DNA from: Eledone cirrhosa
Lineage: Eukaryota
DNA: 64,000 nt
Reading direction: 5' to 3'
NCBI GenBank assembly: GCA_964016885.1
Contig: OZ024742.1
Coordinates: 242,296,001 to 242,360,000 of the forward strand
In this document: in pieces, positions 25,379-38,423 of the stretch
How positions within the stretch are numbered: position 1 is the first letter of the stretch
Layout of the letters: each line of letters opens with the position of its first letter
Translations under genes and position numbers: made by a program
Notes under the pieces: model-generated
Database searches by the model: none
Told to the model about the DNA's origin: nothing
What the model saw: the letters and a program-made list of their open reading frames with translations, nothing else

Positions 25379-25857
25379 TCTATGTATTACTAAAATTCTG
25401 TGATTGCTTGCTTGCTTGCCTGCTTGCTTGTCTGTAATGTAATGCAGACAAAAGGAAGAATAATGGGAAATACTTTAAAAGGAAGTTGCCCCTGGAACGG
25501 GAATACAAATGGAATAAAACAAGTTTCGCGTAAATCGAAGCACGGGTTCCCGAGATGTGGGGCTTTCTGGGTACCTTCATAAATAGAGAGAAGGATAGAG
25601 AGAAAGAGATAGTGGCTGTGAGAGAGTAGATTGAAAGAGACATAGAGAGAGGGAGAGGAAACAGAGAAGGAGAATGGAAGAGAGGGAGAGCGAGAGAGTT
25701 GGTGATGTTGTGTATATATATACATATATATGTGAGTGTTTGTGTATATATATGCGTGTGTGTATATGTATGTGTCTATGACCAGTGTATATAGATCACA
25801 GACATCCACACATATATATATACACACACAGACATATACACATGTATACAAACACAC

Positions 25858-25902
<45 letters not shown>

Positions 25903-26058
25903 CACACACGTATATATATATGGGCATTCCAGTTTCATTTCACATTATATACATGTCTGTGTATATTCTGATTATTTAAAAATTATTTGTAAGTAAACAT
26001 GATTTTAAAAAATATATTTTGAAGTGAACGTGACCCAACGGATCACGGGTGGTCTAAT
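25379..26058 (+). mobile_element. Non-autonomous Helitron-like element
   Basis: 5' a|TCTATGTATTACTAAAA; internal microsatellites; 3' imperfect hairpin acccaacggatcacgggt plus degenerate CTAA. Confidence 0.55.
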
Positions 26059-26432
26059 CAATAAATATAATTGTAATGCAGTTGTATTTTTCGGTCACAA
26101 AATCCCGGTTCTCACCGAACGATAAACATCGGATATATATTAACTGTATATCGACTGTCTTTAAGCCCTTTGTTGTTGCTGAATGAAACTCCACTTTGTC
26201 CTTATGCTCTTTAAAATGTTAAGTCCTAAAATGATTTTGGAGCACCTAAAATATCTATTGATAAAATCAATTACGTCACTGTACTATATAACTTTTATAG
26301 CCTCCATGATATTTTCTCTATTTATCCTGTTCAGCCCGGTTTCAACTCCAGCCAATTTCTTTCGAATTCAATCGCTTTCTTTATAATGACTTATATTCTT
26401 ACCAGACCATTATCTGTCGTGTGTGTTTGTCT

Positions 26433-27006
26433 GCGGTGGATTTGCAGGATCGGTAGTGGTTCTGATGCCATGCTTTGCAGCATAGAGTTACGACTCTTTA
26501 CAGTCTGAGTTCAAATCCTGCCGAGGTTAACTTTGTCTTTCATCCTTACGGGTCGATAAAATAAAGAACCAGTAATGCACTGGGTATGTGCTGGCCTTGT
26601 GCCAAAAGTAGAAACAATTATGTAGCAAACCTGCGCAGGATTGGCAGTATTGGTAGATAGTAAACCTGTATATTGTCAGCAATTCCATCAGTCCCACTGT
26701 CAACACAACACCAAAATCTATTGTTGCCAACCTTCATATGTCATCATAACAAAATACAAACGTTCAAACACACAACAAACCAACCATACAACCAGCCAGT
26801 TAGTGGAATAATCAGCAAGAGAATTATCATTGTCGCCATCTCTGTGATTGCCAGAATTATATTGGTGCTGAGATAACTTCCTACTACTACTACTACTACT
26901 AATACTGCTGCTGCTGCTGTTACTACTACTACTACTACTACTACTACAGCTACTGCTACTATTTCCGCTGCAGCTACCTTTACTACTTCAACTACTACAT
27001 CTACTC

Positions 27007-27039
<33 letters not shown>

Positions 27040-27645
27040 ATAATAATAATAATTATCATTCGTGCTTTGACGCATAGAGTTACGGCCCTTGCCATTCTGA
27101 GTTCAAATCCCGCCGAGGTTAACTTTGCATTTCATCCTTATGGGGTCGATAAAATAAAGTACCAGTTATACACTGGAATAATTGCTGGCCTTGTGCCAAA
27201 GGTAGGAACAATTATTATTTCTCATTTTGGCACAAGGCCAGCAATTATCCCAGTGTATTACTGGTACTTTATTTTATCGACCCCGTAAGGATGAAAGGCA
27301 AAGTTAACCTCGGCGGGATTTTGAACTAAGAATGGCAAGGGCCGTAACTGCCATTCTGAGTTCAAATCCCGCTGAGGTTAACTTTGCCTTTTATCCTTAC
27401 GGAGTCGATAAAATAAAGTACCAGTTACGCACTGAGGTCGATTTAATCGACTTTCTCATCTCCCAAAATTGCTGGCCTTGTGCCTATATAAGAAACCATT
27501 ATTATTAGTGTGGGCGGTGGATTAGCATTATCGGTAGAGGGTCGGACAATAATAATTGTTTCTACATTTGGCACAAGGCCAGCAATTATCTCAGTGCATT
27601 ACTGGTACTTTATTTTATCGACCCCGTAAGGATGAAAGGCAAATA
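26433..27645. mobile_element. Cluster of OK-like SINEs in both orientations, interleaved with (CTA)n/(TAA)n repeats
   Basis: Copies at ~26433-26620(+), 27060-27218(+), 27222-27350(-), 27350-27505(+) and 27550-27645(-). Confidence 0.8.
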
Positions 27646-27933
27646 ATAATAAAAACAATAATATAGATGATGATGATGATGATGATACTCTCACAGTTGG
27701 TGTTGCTATCATTGTTGGTATTTGTCATCTTTTTAAGATGTTTTAGCTGCAGCAGTTATTGCTATTGTTGATATTTAGACTATTAATTATTACTATTCAT
27801 TTGAAAAAATATGCTTGCTAATTACAATATTCACATTACTTGTTTTCTACTACTACTACGACTTCTACTACTACTAGTAGTAGTAGTGATACTGCTGCTA
27901 CTACTGATGTTGCTGTTTCTGCTACTACTTCCA

Positions 27934-28163
27934 AAGAAGAAGAAGAAGAAGAAGAAGAAGAAGAAGAAGAAGAAGAAGAAGAAGAAGAAGAAGAAGAAGA
28001 AGAAGAAGAAGAAGAAGAAAGAAGAAAAGAAAAAGAAGAAAAGAAAAAGAAGAAAAGAAAAAGAAGAAAAGAAAAAGAAGAAAAGAAAAAGAAGAAAAGA
28101 AGAAGAAGAAGAAGAAGAAGAAGAAGAAGAAGAAGAAGAAGAAGAAGAAGAAGAAGAAGAAGA
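27934..28163. repeat. (GAA)n/(GAAAA)n microsatellite
   Basis: Seen directly; explains the poly-K/E/R ORFs. Confidence 0.98.
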
Positions 28164-28429
28164 ATTGCAGTCTCCTTAAATTTTCATAATTTCATCATTT
28201 TACCGTTGGACGGATCAATTGATGGGTCTATACGTGTGGATTTTCCTAAATTCACTGATTATGTGATGTGTTAGATATTTACATCATTTGTATTCAACTA
28301 TTTTTTGTAAGCGTCTCTATATTACTGGCCAGGAAAAAAGTGGTGGATTATTTCTTTATGGTGTTTACAGTTTACCAGCTGACATTAGCCTTTTGATATA
28401 TCTTGTTTTGGTGCCTAGATATTTCCCCA

Positions 28430-29125
28430 ATCTCCTCCAAGCACACCGTCATCAGTGAGTCCCTTAGCAAGTGGGCCAATCCTAGGGTAGCCCTAGAACT
28501 GGAGCTGGCTCTGGCCGATTGGACCTGCGAAGGCCTCTGCATCGCCTACTATACAAATGTCCAAGGTAACAACAAGGTAACGACATCAAGTGCAGCGTCT
28601 GGCTTAGCCCAACACCCCCTTGCCTGCTTCCGATTCGCTTCGCGGCCAAACAGCGGTGTGTGGCTAATTCGGTATCCTCCTCATCAACCGGCACACATTC
28701 ATGACAATTTCACTTGCATCGGAGTAAAACAACGCTATGGTCTCGGCTTGTGTGAACCACACAAATACCGTTGTGGGGCTGTCATCAATGAGTTCAGCCT
28801 ACATTTATTATCATGCCATCAGAGAGCAAGCCGGTTCCACTGACATGCCACTCCCAACGACCTAATGAGAAGGAGCCTGGATGCGATTGGCTTCCTCATC
28901 GCAACTGGAGCCAGCAGGCCTCGACCGCGGGGACGGCAAGCACCCCGATGGAAATACCCTCTTTAAATTTGATAAATCCCTCATCCGTGACACGTTCTCC
29001 GCCTCCAGCATACTCGGTTCGGCCACAAACCCGGTACTGAGGCCCGTAGTGCAGGGGACAGGTAGACGAGCAAATCCAGACGACTTGTTCGGCTGCTTCC
29101 TCTTTGTACCGATCGCGTAGGGTTT
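28430..29125 (+). pseudogene. 3' fragment of a CRE-like RLE non-LTR retrotransposon
   Basis: CEPHKYRCGAVI..H.LSC zinc knuckle; GLDRGDGKHPDGNTLF...DTFSASS; homolog at 45640-46525. Confidence 0.7.
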
Positions 29126-29934
29126 GCACTTTCTCCCCTTTCCCTTTCTTTCAACCGTTGCCCAATATTCTTTGCTTTTCCATCCTTTTTCTCTCATTTA
29201 TGGTATTTATATTGCTTTCCTTTACTTTCCTATACAGCCAGATCTGCTCTTCTTTACGCCTGCCAATTTTTACCCTCTTTTTTTTATTCCTTAATTTGGT
29301 TTTTATCTTTTATAATATTTTCATGATTATATAACTTTTGTTCAATAAATTCATTCCTGTCGTAGCTAGGCATTTAATTTGCGTAGTTAAAAGTAGCCTC
29401 AGTTTCTGTCATAATTTTAAAGCGTTTTTTCAGCCATTCTTGGCATTCATATTGGTCAATTTTGTTTCTATTCAGTCTTACAGGTTAATCCTGATGGACA
29501 TTTTTACTTTGCATATATTTCTATCGGGGCGATTTGATGTAACACAATTGCTAATGGAGTCAGGGTTAGGCGAAAGTGTGGCAGCTAAAAAAGGTATTCA
29601 TGGAATATGGCTCTTTTTAAGAAAATAGAGCTAACATAAGTGTTATTGATATTTTCCATTTTGATATTGCATCGATTATTGTATTCGGACCTTGTGTAAA
29701 TGTATATATACACGTTTCAAGGATACATACCTCGCGCATATGTTTCCCTACTAGCAATATTAATGCATAATCACTGGTTCTACCCCAGTGCATATTTCAT
29801 GTAAATAGACAGACCGAAGACTTTATGAAAAAAGTAATAATGAGCCTCTTGCTGCTGTAGAATTTTTTTAACCAGATTTATGATAGATTACTATCTTCTG
29901 AAAAAAGTCTAAAGTCTGTCTTAAGCCAGAAGGC

Positions 29935-30190
29935 TCATTTGGCCGGTGATTATCCCGGTTTCATGGCGTGAAGCGACTGAGAATATAAGACTCCCCCATG
30001 GACAGGACACCAGTCCATCGCAGAGTTTACCCCCCAGCTATTGCTGGTACTCGTTTTCAGCTGAGTATACTGGAGCAATGTCAAATGAAGTGTTTTGCTC
30101 AAGAACACAACACGCAATACAGGAATCGAACCCATGACATTATGATCGTAAGTCCAACACCCTTACCACTAGGCCACGTGCCTCCACTTA
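29935..30190 (-). mobile_element. CORE-type (OR-like) SINE
   Basis: Minus-strand A box gtggcctagtggtaagg, B box ggttcgattcc, cttgagcaaaacacttc core. Confidence 0.8.
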
Positions 30191-30631
30191 CTATCTTCAT
30201 CCACGTGGATATTGATGTTACTATATTCTTTTACATTTCACAGTTTCTCCATTGTATATGAATGTGGAATATTGTAGGTCCGTCACTGTCATACTTAGAT
30301 ATTCCTTTTTCTTTATTATCTACTGTGATTTTCAATAGGTCTTCTTTATAGATACGTAATCCCTTCAGATAGTCTTCCACTCCTAAAGCAAGATATTGTT
30401 AATTAAAAAAAACAAAAAAGCAGTCGGTTGAAAATTATGGATGACAGCTGTATAAATTGTGGATGACAGCTGTATAAATTGTTGACAAACAGGCGATCAG
30501 TCTGAGGCTTAGATTATCCATGTAATTTTGGCAGATTCGTGATTTTGTTCATCTAATTATTCATATCACTTTAGTAATACCATGGTTTCTATTCATGTGT
30601 AGTAACTGCATTATTTTAATCAGAAATAATC

Positions 30632-31060
30632 GCTGTGGATTGGCAGTATCGATAGAGGAACAAACGCCATGCTTTACAGCATAGAGCTGCGGCCCTTTAC
30701 GGTCTGAGTTCAAATTCCGTCGATGTTAACTTTGCCTTTCATCCTTACGGGGTCGATAAAATAAAGTACCAGTCACGCACTGGGGTCGATTTAATCGACT
30801 TTCCCCTCTTCCCCAAAATTGCTGGCCTTGTGCCTATATAAGAAACCATTCTTTTAATCAGAAATATTGGCAGTGGTTACCACAGGGGGATGGATTGACA
30901 GTATCGGTAGAGCGTCGGACAGTATGCTTCGGAACATAGAGTTACAACCCTTTACGTTTCTGCGTTCAAATCCCGCCAAGGTTAGCTTTGCCTTTCATCC
31001 TTACGGGGTCGATAAAATAAAGCACCAGTAATGTACTGGGGTATTTGCTGGACTTGTGGA
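30632..31060 (+). mobile_element. Two OK-like SINEs
   Basis: A/B boxes and central domain; TSD ttttaatcagaaata around the first copy. Confidence 0.85.
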
Positions 31061-31469
31061 GTGTTGTTATTTTTTCTTTTTTAAATATGGTTAAATTTCT
31101 ATATTTGCTGGAGTATTTTCTCTTTGAATGTTTTTCATTGTAGACTTTTTCTAAAATATTTTAGTATTTGTTTCAAATACGTGATTCTCATAGAAGGAGT
31201 TCGTGTTTTTCAAACTTTTTATCCGATATGTCTTTACTAACATCAGTTGTTTTAAATTGTATTTATTTTCAATCTTTCTTTTTATATTATTGACTTTCCT
31301 AAATTTTAGTTTTTGCGTGCATTTTTTCAACAGAGTAGGATTAATGTCTTTCCAATTTTTTCAAAATGTTATCTCATATTTTCTTCCTTTTTTCTGTGGG
31401 CTTCAATGAAGGAGTTTTTCTGTTATGATGGGAGTCATATTCCTTCGCTTTTGCTATGGTTACTAGAGA

Positions 31470-31488
31470 GACAGACAGACAGCCATAC

Positions 31489-31549
<61 letters not shown>
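31470..31549. repeat. (GACA)n-(GATA)n microsatellite at the LINE 3' junction
   Basis: Seen directly. Confidence 0.95.
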
Positions 31550-31550
<1 letters not shown>

Positions 31551-31775
31551 GTTTCTATTTATTTGCTACGAGGGCACAAAGGAAGGGGACAAATACAAGG
31601 GGGGAGTTTACATAAAGGAACGAGTAAAAAAAAAACATAACAAATATAAAATTAACAATACAGTCCTCAATAGGGAGGAAGCGTTTTGGGGTTACACATA
31701 CTCCCGAAAAAGTGTCTAACCCTTTTCCTTAGGAGCACAGAGAGGGGGTGCTCCTTTGCACTTCCACCTTCCCAC

Positions 31776-34700
31776 TTACAGGCTGATAAAGAGAGAAGGT
31801 CCATTCACACGGGCGATTCTCGCTACTTTCATCCACCTTTCATAAAACTTGCTGGGGTAGAGCACCTCTCTCTCCATTCTGATCCTTCTCTTAAAATGGT
31901 ATTTAAAGAAAAGTACCAGTTGTTGGCCGGAGAGAAAGGTGTCCGACCTCAGCCCTTTCAAACGTGTCCACCATACCACCTCTTTCACCATGGTTATTAC
32001 ACAGAGGAAGACCGCCTCTCCTTCATATTTGAAGGGGGAGGCGGCTTGATCGTTACAATGGACTCAGTGGTCAACCGAATTGGTCCCACCCGTGACAGCA
32101 GTCGTTCGACATAGCCCCACAGATTGGCAACGCCCGAGCCGTGTACCAATGCATCCGCAACAGTTTCCTCGTCGCGCACGCATCTGGGACAGATTTTTTT
32201 CGAGGGGTCCCTACCCGGGCGCCCGTGTCTGTAGAGCTTTTCTCGAACGGGCAGCGCCCCTCGGTAGCACTGCCAGGCCAGGGACTTCTGGAAGTTGTCC
32301 ATAGGTCCCGGGCCAAATGTCGTCCCGAATAGGCTGGTCAGTTCGTCTTCCTCCAAGCCTAGGGCTTGTCCGAGGGCGTCGTCGCACCTACTAACCACCA
32401 GCCGCTATAGAATGACGAGGTGGAGTCTCCACCGATAGCCGGGTCCGCCCGCCAGAGAGCCGTGAGCACCTGGACACACTCGGTGTGCCAGGCGCCTAGT
32501 TTCTCGGTCTTTGCTTGACCCAGGACTGTAGCTCGGTGAGCGAGACGAGTCTCAGAAAGGTTCGCCATCAAACGGGCCCACACCGGTTGACCGGTGAGGA
32601 ATACCTGGAGGTGCCGTAGCCTTAATGCGTGTTTACGCATCAACAGCCAAGGCATCCCTAGCCCTCCTTTCGAAGGGTGTTGACAGCAGATGGATCTCCT
32701 CACCAAAGGAGCCCGCTTCTTCCAAAGGCATTGGAAGAGTGCGCGCTCCATTTTGGTGAGCGTTTCCCTTGGACAAGGCACGACCGACAGGCGGTAATAG
32801 ATGACGGACTCTATATAAGCGTTCGCCACCTCCGCCCGACCTTTCAGGGATAGTTTGCACTCAGCCCACTTCCGCGTCAGCGCAAACACGCTGTTTGATA
32901 CCTCACCCCAGTTCTTCTCCATCTGTAGGTCTGGCCCGAACCAGACCCCGAGAAACTTCACCGAGCCCTCCGTCCGACGATGCCGTTGGAGGCCATCGGT
33001 TTGCCCTTCCACTCGCCAAGATGCAAACCGACTGACTTGTCCCGGTTCAGCTTAGCCCCTTTAAACGTTTCGTATTCCTCCAGTAAGTGCCGTTCACTCC
33101 GATTTCCGAGGTGGTTGACACGATTACTGTCAGGTCATCGGCGTAGGCCGACACCTCTTTCCGCAATCCTGGAACCAAAGGGAAGCCCTGTAACAACTCC
33201 AACTTCCGCAGCAGTGGCTCTACGGCCAATACATGCAGAAGGGAGGAGAGAGGGCATCCCTGTCGGATGGACCGCGTGATTTCGAACGGCTCCGAGAGGT
33301 AGCCGTTCACCTTGACCCTTGAGCAGATGCGGCTGCTGTGCATGGCAGTGATCCAGCCCTTGAAAACGGGTCCGAAACCTGCCGCCACTAACACCGCATC
33401 CTGATAACGATGTTCGACCCTATCGAACGCTTTAGATTGATCCAAAGCCGGGTTCGTTCCCAACCCTCTCTATGATGTATCGCATGAGATGGAGGTTGTC
33501 GTGAATGGACCTGGACGGGATGGCGCATGTCTGCGCATCTCCCACCAGGTTGCCCACGACAAGTGCCAACCTCTTTGCTAACACCTTGGCCAAAATCTTT
33601 AACTCTACATTTAGCAGTGTTATGGGCCTAAAATTACTTATTTCATCCCCCTTGTTCTCGTCCTTCCTCACTAGCGAGACTACGCCCTTGGTCACAGAAC
33701 AGGGAATTCTCCCGTTCTTTTGCCAGTTGCAGTAGACCACTTCGAGGAGATCGAAGAACAAGTCCGGCATACTTAAATACAGTTCGTATGGAAGACCATC
33801 GAGGCCCGGAGATTTGCGTCTCCCGCATTGGCTCAGCACGTCCCCTATTTCAGCAGCTGAGATCGGCTTCTCGCAGGGCTTCGCCTCCTCGTCCGAAAGA
33901 CGCGGCAGGTCGTCGAGGTATGGACCGAGGTCCCCATCCCCATCCGGCCCCTCGTCCCTTCCGAACAATCCGGCAACGTGCCTTTGAAAGGCCTCGCACA
34001 TCTGCTTAGATTCAAGGATCACCCGTCCATACTGGTCTCGCAAAGATCGGATAGTGGATCTAGTCCCACGTTTGGCTTCTGTCACGCGGGCCCAGCTAAC
34101 AGCTTTGGTCCCCTCGTTTCCCATTTTGCTTGGAACAACACAGCCTTCGTGTTTCGCGTCGAAGAACTGGCCCAAGGCCGTTCTCGACGCTAGCAGTCTG
34201 GATACGTCGCCGCTTCTAATTGCCTCTTCTACACTATCTACCAACTCCCTTTCCTTCCTATTTCTATCTGAGGCTAACTCCTTACTAACTCCTATTGAAG
34301 CTACTCTAATCTCTCTTTTGAGAGAGTCCCACCACCTGCTATTGACGATGGCGCCTGTCAACCGCTCCTTAACTAATGTACTAATCCGGTTCCTGTAAGA
34401 TTTACTTGCCGGTAAGGACAAGTTGAGCTTCCAGTAACCGGGTCCCTGTCTATGCGTTCTATCAAGGTTGACAATGGAGGTCACTAACGTGTGGTCTGAA
34501 TAACCAGCCATGAGCCTTTTTGGACAACTTAAAAAGTCCCTATCCTTATTTCTAACTAAGAACCTATCTAGGTACGATCTAGATTGACCGCTGGGGTTTC
34601 TCCAAGTCCAGTTTGGCACAGTCGGAAAATCTTGTCGATATCTATCGGCCAGGTCGAATCGGCCGATTAACCCCTTGAGGCTGTTACAACCCCTCTATCA

Positions 34701-35148
34701 GGACATGCCCCTACATACCATTCCAGTCCCCCACTAAAAGCAAGGAGCGGGACATCCCTAGAAAAGTCTCCAGACGATGGAAGAAGTCCGGCCGTTTTGA
34801 CCCAAAAGGGCCGTATACGGCGACCAGCCTAAAAGCTCCGCCTTCACCACTGCCAATGTCCAGAACCATCAGTCGATCCTCCGGGTCCAAGTGTACCGTC
34901 TGTGTAGCGAGACCCAGATGTTTTTGCAGCAGAACGACAACCCCACCCCCACCTCCGGGCTGACAGAGAGATGCGTGCATCTCAAAGTCATCAAAGGTGG
35001 GGGCCAGCTGTCGCACGCTGCTGATCCGGGCCTCGCAAATAACCATCACATTTATACATCGTGACCTGAGGTAATTTAGAAGCATTGCTTGCTTCCAAGT
35101 TGAGCCCAGGCCACGCGCATTTAGACAACCTATTCTCAACACAGCCAT
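31776..35148 (-). pseudogene. Tx1 ORF2 (APE endonuclease-RT), broken into about 6 frames
   Basis: CLNARGL, GDWN, YLDRFLV, SDH, GPGYWKLN, KSPGLDG, FRPITLLNVELKILAKVLAKRL, LDQSKAFDRV, RQGCPLS, YADD, KFLGV, GGLGMP, CPRC. Confidence 0.92.
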
Positions 35149-35771
35149 GTTGGTGGTAAAGAGAAAAGGCACTTACCTCTCTGCGTCCCGGGTACTGGGC
35201 CGCACAATTTCCATGGGGGATGGGTTGTTGGGTGGGGTGGTGGTTTGTGGAAGTGTAGGGGCATCAGTGTGTAGTGGGGTTTTGGTGTTTGGAGTTGTGT
35301 GGGTGTCTGGGGGGGGGGGGGGGTTAGGAGGACACGGTTAATGGGTCTGACACAGGGGGGCCCCACGTCCTCTTTAAAAGTGTCTTTTAACGTTTTGTAA
35401 ATGTCCATTGGGGCTTTTATCATGTTTAGATGGGGAAGCCCCGCTGCTTGTGCGAAATTCGAACCTTCGGTTTTTATTAAGTTGTTATTATAAATAACGT
35501 TTAACAGTTTTTTGTCTTTTTGTATTTAAATAAGTATGTGCAAATTTTTCTTTTTGCGTGATGTTTTTTGTTTGCTGTTGTTGTGTGTTTTTTTTTTTTG
35601 TTGATGTATGTGTTATGTCTTGTGTTTGTATTTGTGTTCCTGCGGTGCGTTTTCTTTTTTTCTTTTAACTTTATGAAAGTACCCCCCCCCCCTCGTCTGA
35701 CGGCGAAAGGGGGTCGTCTTCGTTATTCGAGGGGAGGGGTTCATTTTCGGCTCGTGTTTGTGGTGTGGGTG

Positions 35772-36935
35772 TTATTGTATTTGTTTTCTGTGTGGGGGTA
35801 TGGATGGGATTGTTTTCAGTTGTGTTTTACCTTGTGGTGTTAGTTGTTTTTGTGGTGGTGGTGGCGGTTGGATTGTTAGTGTTGTAGTTGTTGGTGTGAG
35901 CAAAATCGGTATTTTTTTGTTTGCTTGGGAACAGGCAGCCCTCAGGTGACCTCTGCCACCACAGAGATAACAAGTGGTTCTTCTACCCTCCACTGTGATG
36001 TGTAAGTAGGCAAGCCCATCCAGCAATATGCGGTCGGGGATCCTAGCAATTCGTTCTGGCTGCATTTGCACCAGAACTTGCAGGCTAGTTCCACCGAACA
36101 CGTTGCTGGAAGACTTACGGACCGAAATTACTGCATCCTTTTTCAAATCGAGGAGGTCACACAGTACCGCCCAGAAATCAATATCTGGATCGATACTGTG
36201 TATGGTCAATCTTTGTGTTTTTCTTCCCAAATAAGTGGGGAAGAAAGTAAATAAGGGGAACACATTTGGGGCTAGGGAATGTTTTTCCGCCGTCAATTTA
36301 TCTTTCATTCGGATGGATAGACTACCGTAGAGTCTATCCTTCCGAATGAATACAGTGTTTTTCAGATGATCTTTTAACGCCAGTTCAATCTCTGTCTGTG
36401 TGAGTTGTACTGGCTTACGGGTTTTGTTTGATATTGTCCTATAAATAATAGTTTTTAAGCTATTTTCCTTTTTTAGTTCTGGGAGAGAATTTAAAGAAAA
36501 TAGACCATTCTCCTCCAAAGTTATATACTTCCGTGCATTTTCCATTTGCTGGGCCATGTTCGAAATGTCAATAGATTCGTTCACGATAGTTTTTTTATGC
36601 CTTGCGCGAACGTCATTTTGTTCGCCCCCTCTCTGTTTAGATTTGTCGAAATGTGGTTTTCTTGTTTTTTGTTGTTACAATTTATTTTTTGTTGTGTTTG
36701 TGTTATTTATGTTGGTGTATGCGTTCACATTTTTTTCCCCGTTGAGGTTAGACTCCATTTTTTCAAAATGTTCACCTATATTTTCAGTATCCGAGAGACT
36801 TGTAGTCACAGCTACTACCTCTCTTTCACCTTTGCTGGTGGGCGTGGCACCGTGAAAAGTCAAAACGGGATCCATTAATTTTGGCAATTTCACCGAGTCA
36901 ATTTTTTCATTAGGGTTAGGTTCCATTTTTTTCAA
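35772..36935 (-). pseudogene. Tx1 ORF1 (gag-like, zinc knuckle), interrupted
   Basis: CYLCGGRGHLRAAC (CX2CX4HX4C) preceded by VEGRR; upstream segment at 36675-36935; may continue into 35200-35770. Confidence 0.8.
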
Positions 36936-38129
36936 TGTTTCTAATAATCATTATTCTTTCAGTAGGGAGGCTTGTTGCCTCCGCTACCCTCTCTCCTTCA
37001 GTTTGTTTAGTGGGCGTGTCATCGTTACCTGTGGTAATGGCTTCCATTACCACTGGCGTAGAGACAATTACAAGATTTTAGGATGAAAAATAACACCCCA
37101 AAAGGGGTGAAATAAATTAACCCTAATGTCCGAAGACCCAGGCAAGGGGGTTAATTAACACAATAAAGCAAGAACACTTACTGTTAACACGTAATATCTC
37201 CAATACTTGAGGAGCCGATGTGAAGAACGTCTATACCATCCGGAGATAAATAGATAGATAGATATGATTTTTCTCTGAAAATACAGATACATAGCTAGGT
37301 AGCTATTCGTTTGACTAACTGTCACCACTCTTGTGAAAGATAGTGGTAGGAAGGAAGATATTACCATTTCCCAAATAGTGAGATATGGGGAGAGAGGGAA
37401 AGACGAAGGCAATGGGGGGTTTTGGTTCCATTGTGTTCGGATCTGGAGTATATGTATATATTTATTTCCCAAATAAACGACACAAAGTGGTTGCTACTAA
37501 CACTTCTCTTTTATTTATAAATATTGGTATTATACGTTTTGTTTTGTTTTGATTTTTTCTCTCTATGTTTGTCTTTATATATCGTGGTTTCTTATCCCCA
37601 TAAGTTATTTTATTTGGTCCTGTCGTTTTATTTGGATGAGCTTTCATGTCATTTTTCTATTGTATTATTGCCGGTGGTTTGTAGAAACTTATTTTTCTGT
37701 GTTCTTTCTTTTTCATACGTTGTGGTTTTATTCCTTTTACAATTTGAAGACAGAAACCATAGATTGTACGTCGAACACAATGTTTTGCATTATTTGCTCC
37801 GGCACAACGGAATTGCTAATGAAGTCGATTTAATCGACTGTAGATCTGTTTCTTTATGCAATGCACTTGCATGAGCTAGCTAAAAACCGAATTTTCCTCA
37901 AAACGTAACGATCCAAAGGCAGGGGAAGTGATGAGTCGGTCAAAATGCATTGTCGTCGTATGAATATCATCGATCTGTAACTCTCTATATTACTGCAAAT
38001 ATGTAAAAAGAAAAAGATAAACGGACCACATAAAAAGTGATAACACAAAGTAAATGGTTTTCTTTGATTAATTTGTTTTAATTGGTTAGTTATAAACCAG
38101 TGCACATTCTGTAATGTTTTAATCTAGTT

Positions 38130-38423
38130 CAGAGGTTCTCAAAGTGGGCGCTACCACCCCCATGGTGGTGGTGGGACGGTAGAGATGGTATAATAGTATT
38201 TTAAATATCAAATGATACATATATATAAATATAGTAAAATAAAAAATATATACTATTCATTAGAAACAATTATATTATTTATTATATAAATTAACGATTT
38301 TATTTGTTATATATTATTTAGAATTTGCGTGTAGGCAGGTTTCTCTGGAAAAAGGGTTGGGTGCGCTGTGGGTATTACGTGGCTGTCAGAGGGGCAGTGG
38401 CCCCAAAAGTTTGAAAACCTCTG
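38130..38423. mobile_element. hAT (Charlie-like) MITE
   Basis: TIRs cagaggttctcaaa / tttgaaaacctctg; imperfect 8 bp TSD atctagtt/gtttagtt. Confidence 0.75.

Larger units (their letters stand above)
31550..37245 (-). mobile_element. Near full-length Tx1-clade (L1 group) LINE, decayed
   Basis: 5' UTR, ORF1 with CCHC knuckle, ORF2 with APE, RT and C-terminal zinc motif; GATA repeats at both ends. Confidence 0.9.

Noticed and set aside
31686-34398. Plus-strand ORFs overlapping the LINE
   Set aside because: Antisense shadow ORFs of GC-rich Tx1 ORF2 with no recognisable motifs
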